A stretch of 64,000 nucleotides of DNA. Origin: Hormiphora californensis (Eukaryota; Animalia; Ctenophora). Below, in pieces: positions 11,253 to 25,490 of the stretch; positions within the stretch are counted from its first letter, which is position 1, and the number at the start of each line of letters is the position of its first letter. The notes under the pieces are model-generated. The model was not told the origin of the DNA and searched no databases. It saw only the letters and a program-made list of their open reading frames with translations. Both the position numbers and the translations under genes were made by a program. The DNA is taken from contig CM035358.1 of assembly GCA_020137815.1 (NCBI GenBank), positions 434,001 to 498,000 on the forward strand, given 5' to 3'.

Positions 11253-11336
11253 CAGTCGGACCCTGATTTACCGGAACCCCGATATACCGGGCAAAATGGC
11301 TTCCCCCGAGGATCCCGGTAAATCGGAGTCCCACTG
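11253..11336. mobile_element. CAGTCGGACC-family MITE, short diverged copy
   Basis: CAGTCGGACCCTGATTTACCGG...CCGGTAAATCGGAGTCCCACTG|TA. Confidence 0.8.
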
Positions 11337-11911
11337 TAAGTGTACTTGTTGAGTAAGGACCCCACCCCTTACTCAACGAGCTATTAACAAATTTGAATGA
11401 TTTATTCAAGATGCATATTATTAGCCTTGCTACGAAAGAACCTATAAGGGGGGATACTTCCGTGATTGAAGGGCCTTAGGTCCTGTTATAGAGATGTTAC
11501 CCCTACAATTAGTCATATATTAATTAATAATATCTAGAGTAAATGGAAAAATATAAAACTTTGACAAATGTTAGCATAAGGACGTGTCACTGTCCGAAAT
11601 ACTTTACTTGAAATTGAATTGTGACCAGTGACCACTCTCTGCTGGCAGTAGAGCACATGAGAAGTGGCCAGTGCCTGGTAACTTGAAAATGGTATAGTTA
11701 CCTGTCAGACAGACGAGAGTAAGAAGTAGAACACACAACTTGAACATGATCACTGCGAATTGAGAACTGACACCTCCCTCCTCCTCCTTGTCGTCAAGAG
11801 GCTCTTGACAAATCAGTTTAACAAGTTAGACGTGCTAAGTTTGTGGCACACATTGCACCTGTAAATGGCGTTGTTAGAGACACATGGTGGACCAGATGGC
11901 ATTACTTATGT

Positions 11912-13230
11912 CGCCACCCCTCCCCAAACGATATCTAACTATCAGCCCGCCACCCCCAAACAATATCTATACTATCAGCCCGCCACCCCCAACAATATCT
12001 AACTATCAGCCCGCCACCCCCAACAATATCTAACTATCAGCCCGCCACCCCCAAACAATATCTAACTATCACCCCCCCCCCCAACAATATCTAACTATCA
12101 GCCCGCCACCCCCAACAATGTCTAACTATCAGCCCGCCACCCCCAAAATATCTAACTATCAGCCCGCCACCCCCCAACAATATCTAACTATCAGCCCGCC
12201 ACCCCCAAACAATATCTAACTATCAGCCCGCCACCCCCAAACAATATCTAACTATCAGCCCGCCACCCCCCAACAATATCTAACTATCAGCCCGCCACCC
12301 CCAAACAATATCTAACTATCAGCCCGCCACCCCAAACAATATCTAACTATCAGCCCGCCACCCCAAACGATATCTAACTATCAGCCCGCCACCCCCAACA
12401 ATATCTAACTATCAGCCCGCCACCCCCAACAATATCTAACTATCAGCCCGCCACCCCCAACAATATCTAACTATCAGCCCGCCCCCCCCAAACAATATCA
12501 TAACTGTACAGTCCCCGCCACCCCCAACAATATCCTACACTATCAGCCGCCCCCCCCCCAACAGATATCTAACTATCACAGCCCCGCCCCCCCCACCGCT
12601 CTCTAACATATATAAAACCTCTCCCGCCCGCCACCCCCAACAATATCTAACCACTATCATGCTCCGCCCCCCCAAACAATATCTAACATTCATCATCCCG
12701 CCACCCCCAAACGAATATCTAACTATCAGCCCGCCACCCAACGATATCTAACTATCAGCCCGCCACCCTCCAAACAATATCTAACTATCAGCCCTGCACC
12801 CACCCCCAACAGATATCTAACTATCAGACCCGCCCACCCCCAAACAATATCTAACTTATCAGCCCGCCACCCCCAACAATATCTAACTATCAGCCCGCCA
12901 CCCCCAACAATTCTACTACAGCCCCCCCCCCAACGATATCTAACTACAGCCCGCCCCCCCCCCAAACATATCTAACTACGCCCACCCCCCCCAACAATAT
13001 CAATTTATACCCCCCCCCCAAAAAATTTAACATCACCCCCCCCCACCCCCAAACAATATCAACATCCCCCCCCCCCCCCCAACAATATCTAACATCAGCC
13101 CCCCACCCCCCCAAACAATATCTAACTATCCCCCGCCCCACCCCCAAAAATACAACTATCACCCCGCCCCCCCCCAAACAATATCTAACTATCAGCCCCC
13201 CCCCCAAAAAATATCAACATCGCCCCCACC
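11912..13230. repeat. ~31-bp minisatellite (AACAATATCTAACTATCAGCCCGCCACCCCC), ~40 copies
   Basis: Tandem units, clean to ~12480 and then progressively error-laden. Opposite strand is G-rich. Confidence 0.95.
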
Positions 13231-16200
13231 CTATGCCGGGGGGGGGGGGGGTGCCGAAATAAAACTATCATAAGTCTCTTCTGGCGGGGCGCCTGGCGTA
13301 CTCGAGTTTGGGCTTTTCCAAATGATCAGGTCCAGGCACTCAGAATAGGGGACCGCTTTTAGGGTCGTCCTACATGTCCCCCCCCCCCCTTTTAAATGCC
13401 CCCCTGTTTTTTGGAAAACATCTCGCTTTTTATAAGGGCATGCTGACAAAGGAAGCGAAAAGAGGGGAAAAAGGGGTAGAGAGAAGAAAAAAAAGAGATA
13501 GATAAATGAGAGAGAGAGAAAAGAAGGGAGGAGAAGGAAAAAGGGAAGAAGGGAACCCCAACTCTAAAGAGGGGAGGTTCTTCCTGTTTGGTTCCGTGCT
13601 TTCTTCTATCGTCCCCTTATATTTCCTCTCTCGGTAAACTTTTTTTTTATTTTACCGAAAAATTATCTTTTTCCCTTGTTTAGCATTTCTACCAGTGCCC
13701 AACTTCATAGTAGTACAGTGAGGTTTCTGCATCGAAGTGGTAGTGCCGCTTCCTTTCATAACATGGGGTTTGGCTATAATTTCTTACCGGTCAGTTTGGA
13801 CCAAGGATATAATGAAAATTTTAAAAAAAAAACATAGGTGCTCGAATTTCTAAACTCTTTTTTTTACAAATCTTTACAAAGTTTGTCGTCGCGGGGCGTG
13901 GTTAGAGAAGGCCCCCAGTGTTTTTTGGGGGGCCGGGACTGTGACGTTAATTTTCATATTTTTAAAAAGTCTTCCATTTTCAAAAGGGGCTGTCTAAAAT
14001 CAAATGGCACAAAGGGGGGGGGGGGCTTCAGAAGTGTACCAATTTGTTTCTTAATAAGTAGAATTATGTAAATTGTAAATTGAGGCACGACCACGGATTG
14101 AGTGATGATACCCCAAAAAGGGCATGGGCTTTAAAAAGGGGGGAATAAGGAAAAATACTAAAGAAAGGGAAAAAAAAAGGGAGAAAGAAAGAAAGGAAGA
14201 AAGAGAAAGAAGAGAAGAAGAAAACCCCATATGATTTGATGCCTACATATATTAACAAAAAATTGTATGCCCCCCCCCCTAAATTTGGTCTTTTTTCAAT
14301 AAATTGGAAATCGTTATTCAGAAAATTTAAAAGAAATTGTATTAAAAAATACAGATATTTTTGAAGGTTTGGCCAGACAGCGGCCACTGCTAACAAACTC
14401 CCTAATAAAAGGGGATAATTATCGATAATCAAACAAATGTTTTTACTTTGCTAAGTTCCAGCCCCAAAAAAAATTTTAAATTTAAAAACTTAAAAAAACA
14501 TCTGGTATGACTGGCACAACGTCTACTATAAAACCCTTTACATACTGTACCCCATCTCTCTCCTATCTATCTCTGTGTCCCCTGTTATACAGTCCCCAAA
14601 ATTACAATTGAGCTAGGCTTTTACTCGAAAAAACCACCAGTGCTGAGCTTAACAGGGGAAAACTTTTAGTTTCCCGTCACCTGCACCCCCAACGGGACCT
14701 TTGTTTCCCCCCCTCTATCCTCTCTATAATATTGAGGCCCCCCCCTTTTTTTTTCTCTCTCCTTCTCTCCCCTCTCCCCTTTTAATTAGCCTCCTATTTT
14801 ATCCATCAGTTTTGCAAGTTTTTGGGTTTTTTTTTTTATTTTTATTTAGTTTATGACCTCTTTTTAAACTTTTAAATTTACTGTTTGTAAAATGTTACCT
14901 ATATCAAATTTCAAAATTTTTTTTTTGTACCTCACTTGTTCATAATTAAAAAAATGAATTTAGCACTGCTAAATTTTGTTTTCTATAAGAAGGGAGAGAA
15001 AAAGAGGAGAGAGGAGAGAGAGAAAGAAGAAAAAAGGAAGAATTCTTCCTTTCTTTTCCCCCATTCTCTTCCCCCAAAATTTTTTTCCCCCCGCTCCCTC
15101 TCCCCCCTCTGTCCCCGCCTTTCCCCTTTTTTCCCCCCCTTTTTGTTCCCCAATCATTTTCCCCCTTTTCTCCCCCAACCCCCCTTTTGTCATTTCCAAA
15201 ATATATACGTAAAAACCTGGGGTTTAATCCATCCGTTGGGAAAAGGGAGGAAAAGGGGGGTTTTTGGGGGGGGGGGGGTCCCCTCTCCGGCCCTCCCCTT
15301 CCCCCTTTTCCCTTTTTCCCCCTTTTCTTTTTGCCCCCTTTTTCCCCCCCCTATTTAAAATTTTTTTTAAACTCCCCTTTTTCTCCAAACCCCTTGGTTT
15401 AGAAGGGTAACAAACAAAAAAAGGGGGAAAATTCACATGTAAGGGGTAAAAGGTCCTAGTTATTACTGTGTCACTGACTTTTTTTTCCGCGGAGACCTGC
15501 TCGTTCGTTCCGAATTTTTTTCTTTAAAAATGCTGTATTTTTTTTTGAGTTGCCATTTTTAATTTTTCAAAAACTGCCAGTTGGGTTTTTAAACCTTTTA
15601 AAACTTGGGATAAAAATTTTTTTTTTAAAAAAAACCCACTATTAAGTTGATTAAAAATTTTCAAATTAGTCAACTGGGGTAAAATGGTTCCCCCTCCCGG
15701 GGGAAAAAGGTTCACCCTGGACCAATAAAAAACAGCCTCCCAATAACCCCCAAAAAAAAACTTTTAAATGGGCCAGCCCACGGGGTAAAAAAGGTCCCAG
15801 AAAAAGAAAAAACATGGAAACCCTTTTACCCCTGCTCTAACAACCCACACGTAAAAAATCGACATGCTAATTGGGGTGGACCATTTTACCCCGGGGGGCA
15901 AAATTTTCCCCCAAAAAACCCTACCCCCCTTTTTGTTTTATTTTAACTATTAAATAAAAATTTCAGATTTTTAAAAAAATTCTCGTCTGAAAAAAAAATT
16001 TTTTGGGTCCTATTAATTTTTTCTTCTTCTTATAAATTATTTTTTTAAAAACCCAAAAAGTTAGAAAGTGTGCCATTTTACCCCTTTCTACCCTATGAAG
16101 AAAAAAAAAAGATACAAGAAGGTCAAGGGGTTTCGGCCAAAAGAGAGGAGAACAGAGACAGAGAGAGAGAAAGGGAAAAGAGAAAAAAGAAGAAAGAGAA

Positions 16201-17906
16201 GGCCGAAAAAGAAAAAGAAAGGGAAAAGGGGAAAAGAGGGGAGGAAAAGGGGGAAGAGAAAGAGAAAGAAAAAAGAGAAAAAGAAACCCAGAAAAAAAAA
16301 AAAAATAAGAATAGACAAGAAAAAAATAAAAAATATAAAAAAAGAAACCCTTTTAAATTTGAACATCGTTCTGGATTTTTTTTCCTTTCATTCCCTATTG
16401 TCAACATTTCTGCTTAACTACACGTTTAATTTTATAATACACACGTTGCTGGGCCCTTTTCACTTTTAAAATCTTTATGTATTTTTCATTTGTCCTCTAG
16501 ATTTATTTGGTCTCGTTTGGGCGGACAGGTACATTGCATAAAGGGCCAAATAAAGGGCCCTTTTGTTGGTTTCCCGGGCCGGTGAAAAATGGGGGCTGAA
16601 CCAAAACCCCCTTTCCAATAAGATAGAAGCTAATTCTGGGTTTCTTGGATTTTTTTCTTTAAAAAAAAATTCAAAACCCCCTTGCCTCTTTTGGACCATT
16701 CAATATCACAGCGTGGGAAGCGCCCCGGGGGAAACCCCCGGCCAAGAAACACAAAATGTGTGAAAATTTAGTGCCATTTCTGCAGCAGTATATGCGAGTA
16801 GTACGTGTACCTGCACCCCCCCACACGAGAGGGACTGGCTGTCAACCCCCTTTACGGGCCACGCTTATTACTTTTTTACAGAAGGGCCCTTTTTAAACGC
16901 TAAAAAAATACTTCCCTTTTCCATCCACTCAAATTTTCTATTAGATTGCCCCCTAGGGAACTTTGTTGTGTAAAAATTTCACGTTCCTACGTTTATACTT
17001 CACAATTTTAAAAAGGCTCAATTTCGCACAATTAAGATATATCGATCGTAACATATAGATACAGATTTTTGCGCACTTTGAAACACGATTTCTCAAAACG
17101 GAAACATAGCTGCACAAACCAAAAAAATCTTTTAGTGCTAGTCTTGGCCGGTTTAAAACGAGATGGATAATTGGTCTATTTTAAAAAAGGGTTTTGACGT
17201 CTTAATAAATTTAAAAGTTTCCCCGAAACACGATTTCTCAAAACGGGAAAAAAGCAACTGCACAATTCCAAAAAAAATCTTTTTTTCCCTTTCTATTTCG
17301 CTATTTTTTTTTTCCCCCTTCTCCTCTGCTCTTTTATTTTTTTTTTTCCCCTCTCTCTCTCTCTCCTTTCTTTTACTTTTTAAGAGCCCACCCCCGAGGG
17401 GTATAAGGGTGCACCAACATGGAAAATGAACAACCGGACATACCACATGAAATTTATTTCAAAGTAAAATGTAGAGGATGGGGGAGGGAGGTGAATATGT
17501 TAGCCATTTTAACGATGATTTTATGTGATATTTAGTAGTCCATTACATATTATATAGAGTTATATTTAGCCCATTATATATTTTAAGGTATAGTTGGTTT
17601 TAAAAAATTTTTGCATAAAATAAAAAAATATAAGGTTCAATTGAATTCGTAATGTTTTCCTTTTTTTACTGTGAAAAAGGGTTTTTGGTACTACATTGAA
17701 AACACACCCCCCCCACTATACCCAAATGCGAGTTTTCCCGCTACTGTGCCTCGCAGAACAAAAAGGTGAATTTTTTTAAGTAAAATTTGGGAAGATACAC
17801 CCCCTTGATTTTAAAAAATTGATGGGGAAATGATTACCCTGAATTTTTGAAGAACAGTTTTCTTTGTTAATTGAACACCAGTATGTGTGTGGTGTGGGTG
17901 TGGTGT

Positions 17907-18371
17907 TGTGTTTAACCCCTTTTTTCGTCATTACAAATGTACATCAGTGCCCCCCCGTAAATTGGGTTCCTACCCACCTTTTTAAAGAATATATATTTAT
18001 TCACCCACTTCAAATGGGATTTGGAGGCTAGATATTGGAACGTTTGGCCGAATGGTCACTGGAGATTATAAACAAAAGACTTGCGGAGATATAAAAACAA
18101 CTGAATTTTAGAGGAGATAGTCACAAAAAACCTTTATTTTTAAAAACAGAGGAATCACGTCAATCTGGATTGGGGAAAGGGAATTTTTAAACCACGACGA
18201 AGAGGAAAAAAAGGGGGGGGTTGCAAGACGATATCACGCGCCCTGAGCTAAAACACCGAAGACTATAAATATTCTGTAAATAAACATTTCGACAGATTGT
18301 TTTTTTCCCGTGTTCCACCCAAAACCAAAATCTATACGCTACCCTTCACAAACCCAGCGAATACACCCAAC
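17907..18371 (+). repeat. 5' LTR
   Basis: Colinear with 24243-24732 (TTTTCGTCATTACAAA, GAGCTAAAACACCGAAG, CGACAGATTGTTT). Confidence 0.8.
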
Positions 18372-20395
18372 TAAGTGGAGCCGAACAAAGCAACCCATAC
18401 TCCAAAAATGCCCGAGAAAAAAAAAATCCAAGAAAAAATGATAGTCTAAAGGGGTTTTGAAATGGAAAAATTGGCTGTCAGTATGACGGAACGGGGTTTT
18501 TGGAAAACCAGTGGGTTCACAAAAAAATACCGGATAAAACCCCCCCAAATCAAAAAGGGAGACAATTAAACAATTTTGTGCCCGTTTTAGGATTAGAAAA
18601 AACAAAAAAAACTGTAAAAAATTGATACTCGTTTTTACATGTGTGACAACACATATATCCAACTTTGAGAACTTGAGGGACGGTCTCCCCAACACGGTTA
18701 AAAAATGACATTCCTGTTAGCAGGATTTTAAAAACGGGTTTTTTGGGCGGTTGAAACACAAAATGTGAAACAACAATTGAGTTTTTAAAAGCAGTCATCA
18801 AAGAGAGCATTACCCGTTTGTGCAAAATGAGGAAAAGGAAAGATTGTCTTATGGAAAATGAAGGATGCGGAGACTTTGCACCCTTTTGTACTATTTGAGA
18901 TTTTTGGAGAAATGGGATTTTAAACAAAAATGAATGAAGCACCCACTGAATCCTATGAGGGAAAGGGGTGAGAAGGCACGAAATTGGAGACTGAAACAAC
19001 CGATAAACGGTGAAACCTTTATGACGTCCTACAAGCAGGAGAGGCACGGGGATAGTTTCTGAAGGTCCCCGGTCGGGGAGGGCAGTGAGAGAAACGGGAA
19101 AACAGGGGGGGGGGAAAGGGAAAGTCGCAGCAGAAGAGGGTCGCCCCCAAACATGGAAAAAAGATAGGACCGGGGGACCAACCACCGTAACAGGAGCGCG
19201 GCGATACAATCCGAAGAGATTCTACACCACACCGACGGAAAAAAGGAAAGGTCGGAAATCAGATAGGTGCTACAAGCGGGAAGAGGGGGGGTACATGGCC
19301 AGAAAAAGCTACTCGAATAGGCGGAACCATTTAAAATAGTGGGGTGCACCAAAGGTTTTTTTGCGGATTTGAAAGGGAACCAAAAGGGGAGGAAAAAAAT
19401 GATGTGACAGGACATTTAAAAACACCATTTAAATTTTTTGGACACGGGCTGGGATCTCTCATCAGTACACGCACTGTCTACCAACGGGGAAAAAAGCAAA
19501 ATTTGCCCCAGAAACAATAATTTGGGGGTTACAAAAACAAAATCTTTGCCAAAAGGGAGATTCTTAAAAAAGCTTTTAGCAAAAACGGAAAATACGCAAC
19601 GTTTTTGTCAGGAAACCTGGCTGAGACATCCTAGCGGGAAGACTGAGGGAAATTGATATGAGAATTGATGTGAAAGAAAACAAAAAACTTTACCAATACG
19701 GGGGGAAAAATTGGCAAGGAACTTTCCCTTTGCCCTTTCCACAAATTGCAAAATCAAAGGTAAGAGAACGAAAAATTCCCGGAAACAGCGTCACACAATA
19801 TCAGCGAGTGAAATCCTAAATCTGGAAAAAATATGAAGGGGTATTTTTTGGAAAAAGGGAATAACAAATCTTGGGGGGTTTGGCATTGAAAATTCTAGGC
19901 GCATAGCAAGGGTAATGAGATACTGGTTTGGTACAATCCTTCCCAACGTCAAACATGCACAGAAATAGGGTCATTGGCAACATGGCCATGGGTTCGTTTC
20001 AGACAAAATGTTTTAAAAAAATCAAAGAGTTTTCTTTAAAAATTTCCCGATTACCCGAAGCTGAACTGAAAGGTGACACGCAAATAGGGACAAATGGGGG
20101 AATTTGAAAAATGTTCGATCAGCTTGGCTGAAAACACTCCAAATTGATTAAGAACACAAAAAACCCAAAATTAAAAAACATTCTAAAAACTATTCCCTTT
20201 TTTTTCAAAACACCAATTTTTAAATAGGAAAGCCCCTTTTTTGAGGCATCCTTTAAAATCAAGACAGATGTAGAAGGGGAACCCGTAGGGAAGTTCCATA
20301 TGATCAAAAAACGTAGGAAAAAAGAGCTATGACATTGGCAAGTTGGACAAATTGAAGATTTCAAAAGGGCCAGGGATCGGAACCCCTCCGGTCTT

Positions 20396-21514
20396 TTGGT
20401 GAAAAAGCCAGGAACGAAAAAATACCGAGTTGTGCAAGACCTGAGACAGCTCAACAAAGAGAGCATCCCCGAAACATTCCCATTACCAAATATAAACACG
20501 GTGATGAACAACATGGATGAATGTGAGTGGCTAACCTCATTTGACTTCACAAAAGGTTTCAATCAGATAAAACTTGACGAGGAAAGCAAACCACTAACAG
20601 CTTTCACTTATAAAAACACTCGCTATCAATGGACGAGGCTCATTATGGGTCACTGTTCTAGCAGTAGTATATTTGCCAAATCTATGGCAGAATTGTTCCA
20701 AAAAGTTCCTTTCCAAGCGCTAATTTGCTTCTTGGATGATGTGCTAATAGGAAGCAACACTGTTGATACACATCTAGACAGGCTGGAATTCGTTTTAGCA
20801 AGACTGTCATTTGGAGGATTGAAAATTAGTCCTTCTAAAACACAATTGTTCAGAAAACAAGTCAAATTTCTCGGACACATCATGAACAAAAATGGCATTT
20901 CTATTGATCCAGCTCGTGTGGATGCAATAAAGAAACTACAATTGCCAAAGTCTGTGAAAGAACTACAAAAATTTCTGGGAGCTGTAAATTATAACAGAGC
21001 CTATATAAAAGATTACAGCAAAATAGCAACCCCACTATACGACATGCTACAGAAGAAACGCAAATTTGAGTGGAATTCTACTTCCACAAAAGCATTTGAA
21101 AATTTGAAAAATGCACTTGGAAAAACACCGGTCTTGGTGATTCCAAACTACCAGCACCCTGACCAAAATTATGAGTTGACAATTGACTCCAGTAAAATCG
21201 GCCATGGGGCCACACTAAACCAAGTATTACATGGGAAAAAGAGGACCATAGCCTATTGGTCAAAATCGGTACCTGTGCATCAGAGAAAATTTGGGGCAAC
21301 TAGACTAGAATTTCTTGGTCTATGTCATGCTCTAAAGCACTTCCGGATGTACCTGATGGGTACAAAAAGGTTCAAGGTGCTAACTGATTGTAAAGCTCTG
21401 CTAAACTTGAAAACCATTTTCAAGAAAAGAGTGCTACATTCACAGAAAAAAGCGAATTGGAAGAATACAATTTTAAACATAAGCACATTGCTGGGAATTG
21501 TAACATGGGTATGA
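20396..21514 (+). CDS. pol: Gypsy pol fragment: reverse transcriptase and RNase H
   Basis: YRVVQDLRQLN, FPLPNI, DFTKGFNQI, FLDDVLI, FLGH, LTIDSS, LEFLGL, FKVLTDCKAL motifs. Confidence 0.95.
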   Translation: MVKKPGTKKYRVVQDLRQLNKESIPETFPLPNINTVMNNMDECEWLTSFDFTKGFNQIKLDEESKPLTAFTYKNTRYQWTRLIMGHCSSSSIFAKSMAELFQKVPFQALICFLDDVLIGSNTVDTHLDRLEFVLARLSFGGLKISPSKTQLFRKQVKFLGHIMNKNGISIDPARVDAIKKLQLPKSVKELQKFLGAVNYNRAYIKDYSKIATPLYDMLQKKRKFEWNSTSTKAFENLKNALGKTPVLVIPNYQHPDQNYELTIDSSKIGHGATLNQVLHGKKRTIAYWSKSVPVHQRKFGATRLEFLGLCHALKHFRMYLMGTKRFKVLTDCKALLNLKTIFKKRVLHSQKKANWKNTILNISTLLGIVTWV

Positions 21515-24242
21515 GGGATTATTTGACCCGACACCCAACCCCCAAAAAACAAACGTGTAGGTACACAGACCTTGGAGAAATACAATGCATAGATCGGATG
21601 ACAAACAAAGAAAAAAACTGACCACGGGGTTTCAGGTCAACAAATCATTTGCAATTGATATACTGTACTCTGACAGAGAAAAAGAAGTTTATGCTGATGA
21701 TATAACATTGTCAACAGTCATTGGGGTTGGCAAAGAACAAGAACACACCAAACACTGTTAGCAGGAAAACCCCCGGCTGAACTTCTCCACATGGAGACAG
21801 ATTAAAAATGTTACATTTTAAAAATGGTGTACTCAAAAAGGGGTTTATAGCCCCCAACAAAAAGAAAAGACAGAACTTTAACGTTCTACCACACACTCTC
21901 GTGAGAGAACAAGTACGCTTACCATGACAAAAAGGCATGCTGGTTTCGAAAATGTCTAAGCATTTGTAAACAGACATACTACTTTTACAAAAAAACGGAA
22001 AAGTTCCAATGTACTGCGAGCAGCTTAAAATGTGCCGGGGGGAAAAACCCCCCCATAGTTTAAAAAAAAGCACCACAAAAACCAATGAAACACGGAGTTT
22101 GGAAGGTGGGCAATTGATTTTTTGGAACGCTCCAAAACACCAAAAGGAAGAGGATACATGAATTTTTGGTCAGGTGGACCAATTCTCAAAATTACGTTAG
22201 CAATACCCGTGAAATCAGGGGCCGAAGGTGCCGGGTTTATTGGGGGGAATGGATAAAACGTCTAGGTTTTATGAAACCATAGGATGCTGGATTGTTTTTA
22301 CCTCAAAAAATTTTCCAAGCTATGTTAAAGGTTTCGACTACAAAGCAAACACGGAGGGTTGGCATCACAACAAAGGGGTTTATGTGAAGCAATAAAACAA
22401 AGTAAAAAACACATGATACAAAAGTGTTAACACCAAACAACAAATGAATTTTGATCAAGGATCGGAACATAACATCCCATGAATTTTTTTTAAGATTTCA
22501 AAAACAAAACATACTGAAATTTTTTAGTTTTCTCTAGGGAATTGCGCCCCAAGGTTTTGTTTTTGCGAAAATGAGAGAACAGAAAACGCAGAAAAATAAA
22601 TGTGTGACACACGTGAAAAAAAAAAAATTTTATAAAAACAACTGAAGATAAGAAGGTAACTAGAGAGGGGTAAAATCTATAAAAGAAAAAGCCAAAATAA
22701 TGAAAGCTGCGTATGAAAAACACGGCACGGCCCCTTTCTCGAAGAGGGGACAATTTTGCATGCGCTCGTAAAAACCAGTCAACATAAATGGCTACCAAGA
22801 TTTGAAGGACCGTACCTCCAAAAAAAAAATTATTGACCACAATACATTGTAAAAACAGAAACAGAAAAAAAAACTATAACATCAAAAAAAATGAAGCGTA
22901 CAAAAAGAAAAAATACTCCCCCCAATGCAAGGGGAATGAATGAGGAAAGAAAATACCATCAAAAAATGAACTACTAGGACCAGAGAATAATGGGGAAAAT
23001 TTCTTCCAGTCATCCATTTCTGAGACGAGGTTGGGGGGATTCTCCACTTTCGGAGACCGACTTGCAACACACCCGTTCTGTACCGGGGCTGAGCCAGTTG
23101 GGAGCCAAAAAATGAACAGGATCCTTTTTTACGGCTATTCGGGGCAGAGATTGAGGAACATGCAGGGGTGCGCAACCCATAGGCGAGATCAGAGAATGAC
23201 CCATTTAGGCGCAACACCAATACCTGCGAGAGGCGGATTCCCTTCCAGGGAACGGGAAAAACCTAGGGGAAGAGGCCAATTAAACCGTCTCGGAGGCCCC
23301 AAAGGACAAGGGGACAACCGAAAACGACGTAGCAAAAGTGACGACTGATGGACGGTGAAAGCACCCAAAGGGGGACAATGGTGGTTTGAAAAACGAGGGG
23401 AGGGCCCCCAGAGATAGTAATGAAGCGGGGGAAAGGCAACGGGAGCTAAGATGATGATAGGGAATGGGACGAAAGCAAACCCGGGTTTAAAACGATAACG
23501 AGACAAAGGAAAGTCACACAAAGAGATACTGACGAAAAAGGGAAACCAGACTACCTACAGCTGTTAAACCCAAAGAAAAACAGAAGCGGGCCTTTCAATC
23601 CCAGCCCAGTAAAGAAGGCCGTTTTAACGTTTCCAGGAAACCTTGGAAAAAAAACCCAGAGGAAAGATGGATTTGGCATTACGGGGGCTTAAAAGCTGTA
23701 CACACCGGAAAAAAAGGTGGCTGGGAGTACGAGGGGAAAGGGAAAGCGAGGGGGAAAAGCGTAGAGAAGAAGCGTAAATCCCCATACCCCGAGGAACATT
23801 TTTTGGAAATGCAAGAAAAAAAGATACCGGATAGTTTTTCTGGAAAATGCTAAGGCCTAAGCACTTTCCTCGTAGAAAAAAACGTCAGATTACGGGCCCA
23901 AAAAACTAGTGTGAAATAAAAAAAACTACAAAACACTATACTGATGGATAAGTCACACTAATCATTTTAAATTTCCAAATGGGATCAAACGTGGGGGTTT
24001 GGCCACTATCATTTAACCAGGGGGACCGCGATCATGCCAAGCTGGTGCCAAAAGGGATTTAAAAAATTTCAGGGAAGAAACGTTAGTCCCCGTGCCAAGA
24101 GAAACCAAAATACCATAATTTAATGGTGATAAATTGTTTGATAGACAAATGTCCAACCAGTCGTTAAAGCGGTGGGTATTTCACGAATAATTTGTCGGTC
24201 CACGGGACCGAAAAATTTTTTCTTAAAAATTTGGGGTATGGA

Positions 24243-24732
24243 TGTGTTTTACACCTTTTCGTCATTACAAAAATGCATCATGTGCACCCCGTAAATGGGT
24301 TCCTAACCCCCTTTCCCTTTTAAAATTTAATATATATTTTTTCACCCACTTTAAATCGGATTTTGGGACGGCATAGATACTTGGAAAGCTTTGGGCCCAA
24401 GAGACACTGTGGAGAAGTCATAACAAAAATAGCACTTTTCGGAGTAGTCAAAAAAACTGAACTGTTAAGGGGGGATAGTACAACAACCTCTATGTTAACA
24501 CGAGGAATCTACGTCAAACTGGGTTTGAGGAAGCATATTTAAACCCCGACGAAGAGGAAGAAGGAGGTTTCAAGATCGATATCACGACGATCACGAGCTA
24601 AAACACCGAAGGACTATACATATTCCCGGAATAATACATTCGACAGATTGTTTATTTGTGTTCCTTACCCCAGAACCAAACTATCATTTTGTCACCCATT
24701 CACTAAAACCCGCGCTACATACACCCTTAACA
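24243..24732 (+). repeat. 3' LTR
   Basis: TGTGTT...AACA, preceded by GGGGTATGGA and followed by (TG)n. Confidence 0.8.
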
Positions 24733-24987
24733 TAAGTGTGTGTGTGTGTGATAATACTGTGTAGTACAGATCATGGGCCTTCAGTCGAATGAGAGATGTA
24801 GTTCGATTGCTTACTTAGTGCACCGCACAACCAGGAAACCCACTGGATAAACAAACCATCGGGCCGCCTAGAATAACAAACATACAGCCCCCCCCCCACA
24901 GGAGGTGTGATACAAATTTTTAAGAAATCCCTTCTCTCTCAGTGTCCAAAGCATTCTTGCGGTGGGTCTAGAGTCGACCAGAGACGA

Positions 24988-25450
24988 ATGGAACACAGTA
25001 TGTTGTCGGGAGGAGGGGGTTCACCGGCGACAACTCTTCATAACCATTTTAGACAACAAGCAGCCCAACAGCAACAGCAACAACAACAACAACAACAGCA
25101 GCAGCAACAACAACAAGCGGTAAGGAAAGAGAGTTGTTGTTTTAAAACCGTCACCGCGTGCGGGTGTATTCTATTGGATTTGCAATTTGTATATTATATG
25201 GGCCCATTTTGTTGAACTTATACAACTTGTTTTTGTAACAATATCCTTTGTATATATCTCCTCCACCACCACCAGAAGGTATATATTTAATTTGTTTTTA
25301 AAAAGCCCAAATGATAAACCCCCGCTCCTAAGAATAAAAAGGGGAGCTTTGAATAAGCTTTTTCAAACGAGAAAAAGAATTTTCGACCCAAGAGGGAGGC
25401 CCCAGGGAACACGTTCATTATTTTTAGCAGCCCCCCCTTTCCTTCTTTCC

Positions 25451-25490
<40 letters not shown>

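Larger units (their letters stand above)
17907..24732 (+). mobile_element. Ty3/Gypsy LTR retrotransposon, near full length, in low-accuracy sequence
   Basis: Direct repeats (LTRs) at ~17907-18371 and ~24243-24732. PBS-like TGGAGCCGAA at 18376 and purine tract before the 3' LTR. Degraded gag knuckle (RCYK..EGGYMAR, ~19264), protease LDTG (~19438), then RT-RNaseH and an integrase-like region. Confidence 0.9.

Noticed and set aside
12535-17446. Gly-, Lys-, Phe- and Pro-rich ORFs
   Set aside because: They are translations of a minisatellite and of homopolymer-inflated, low-quality sequence.
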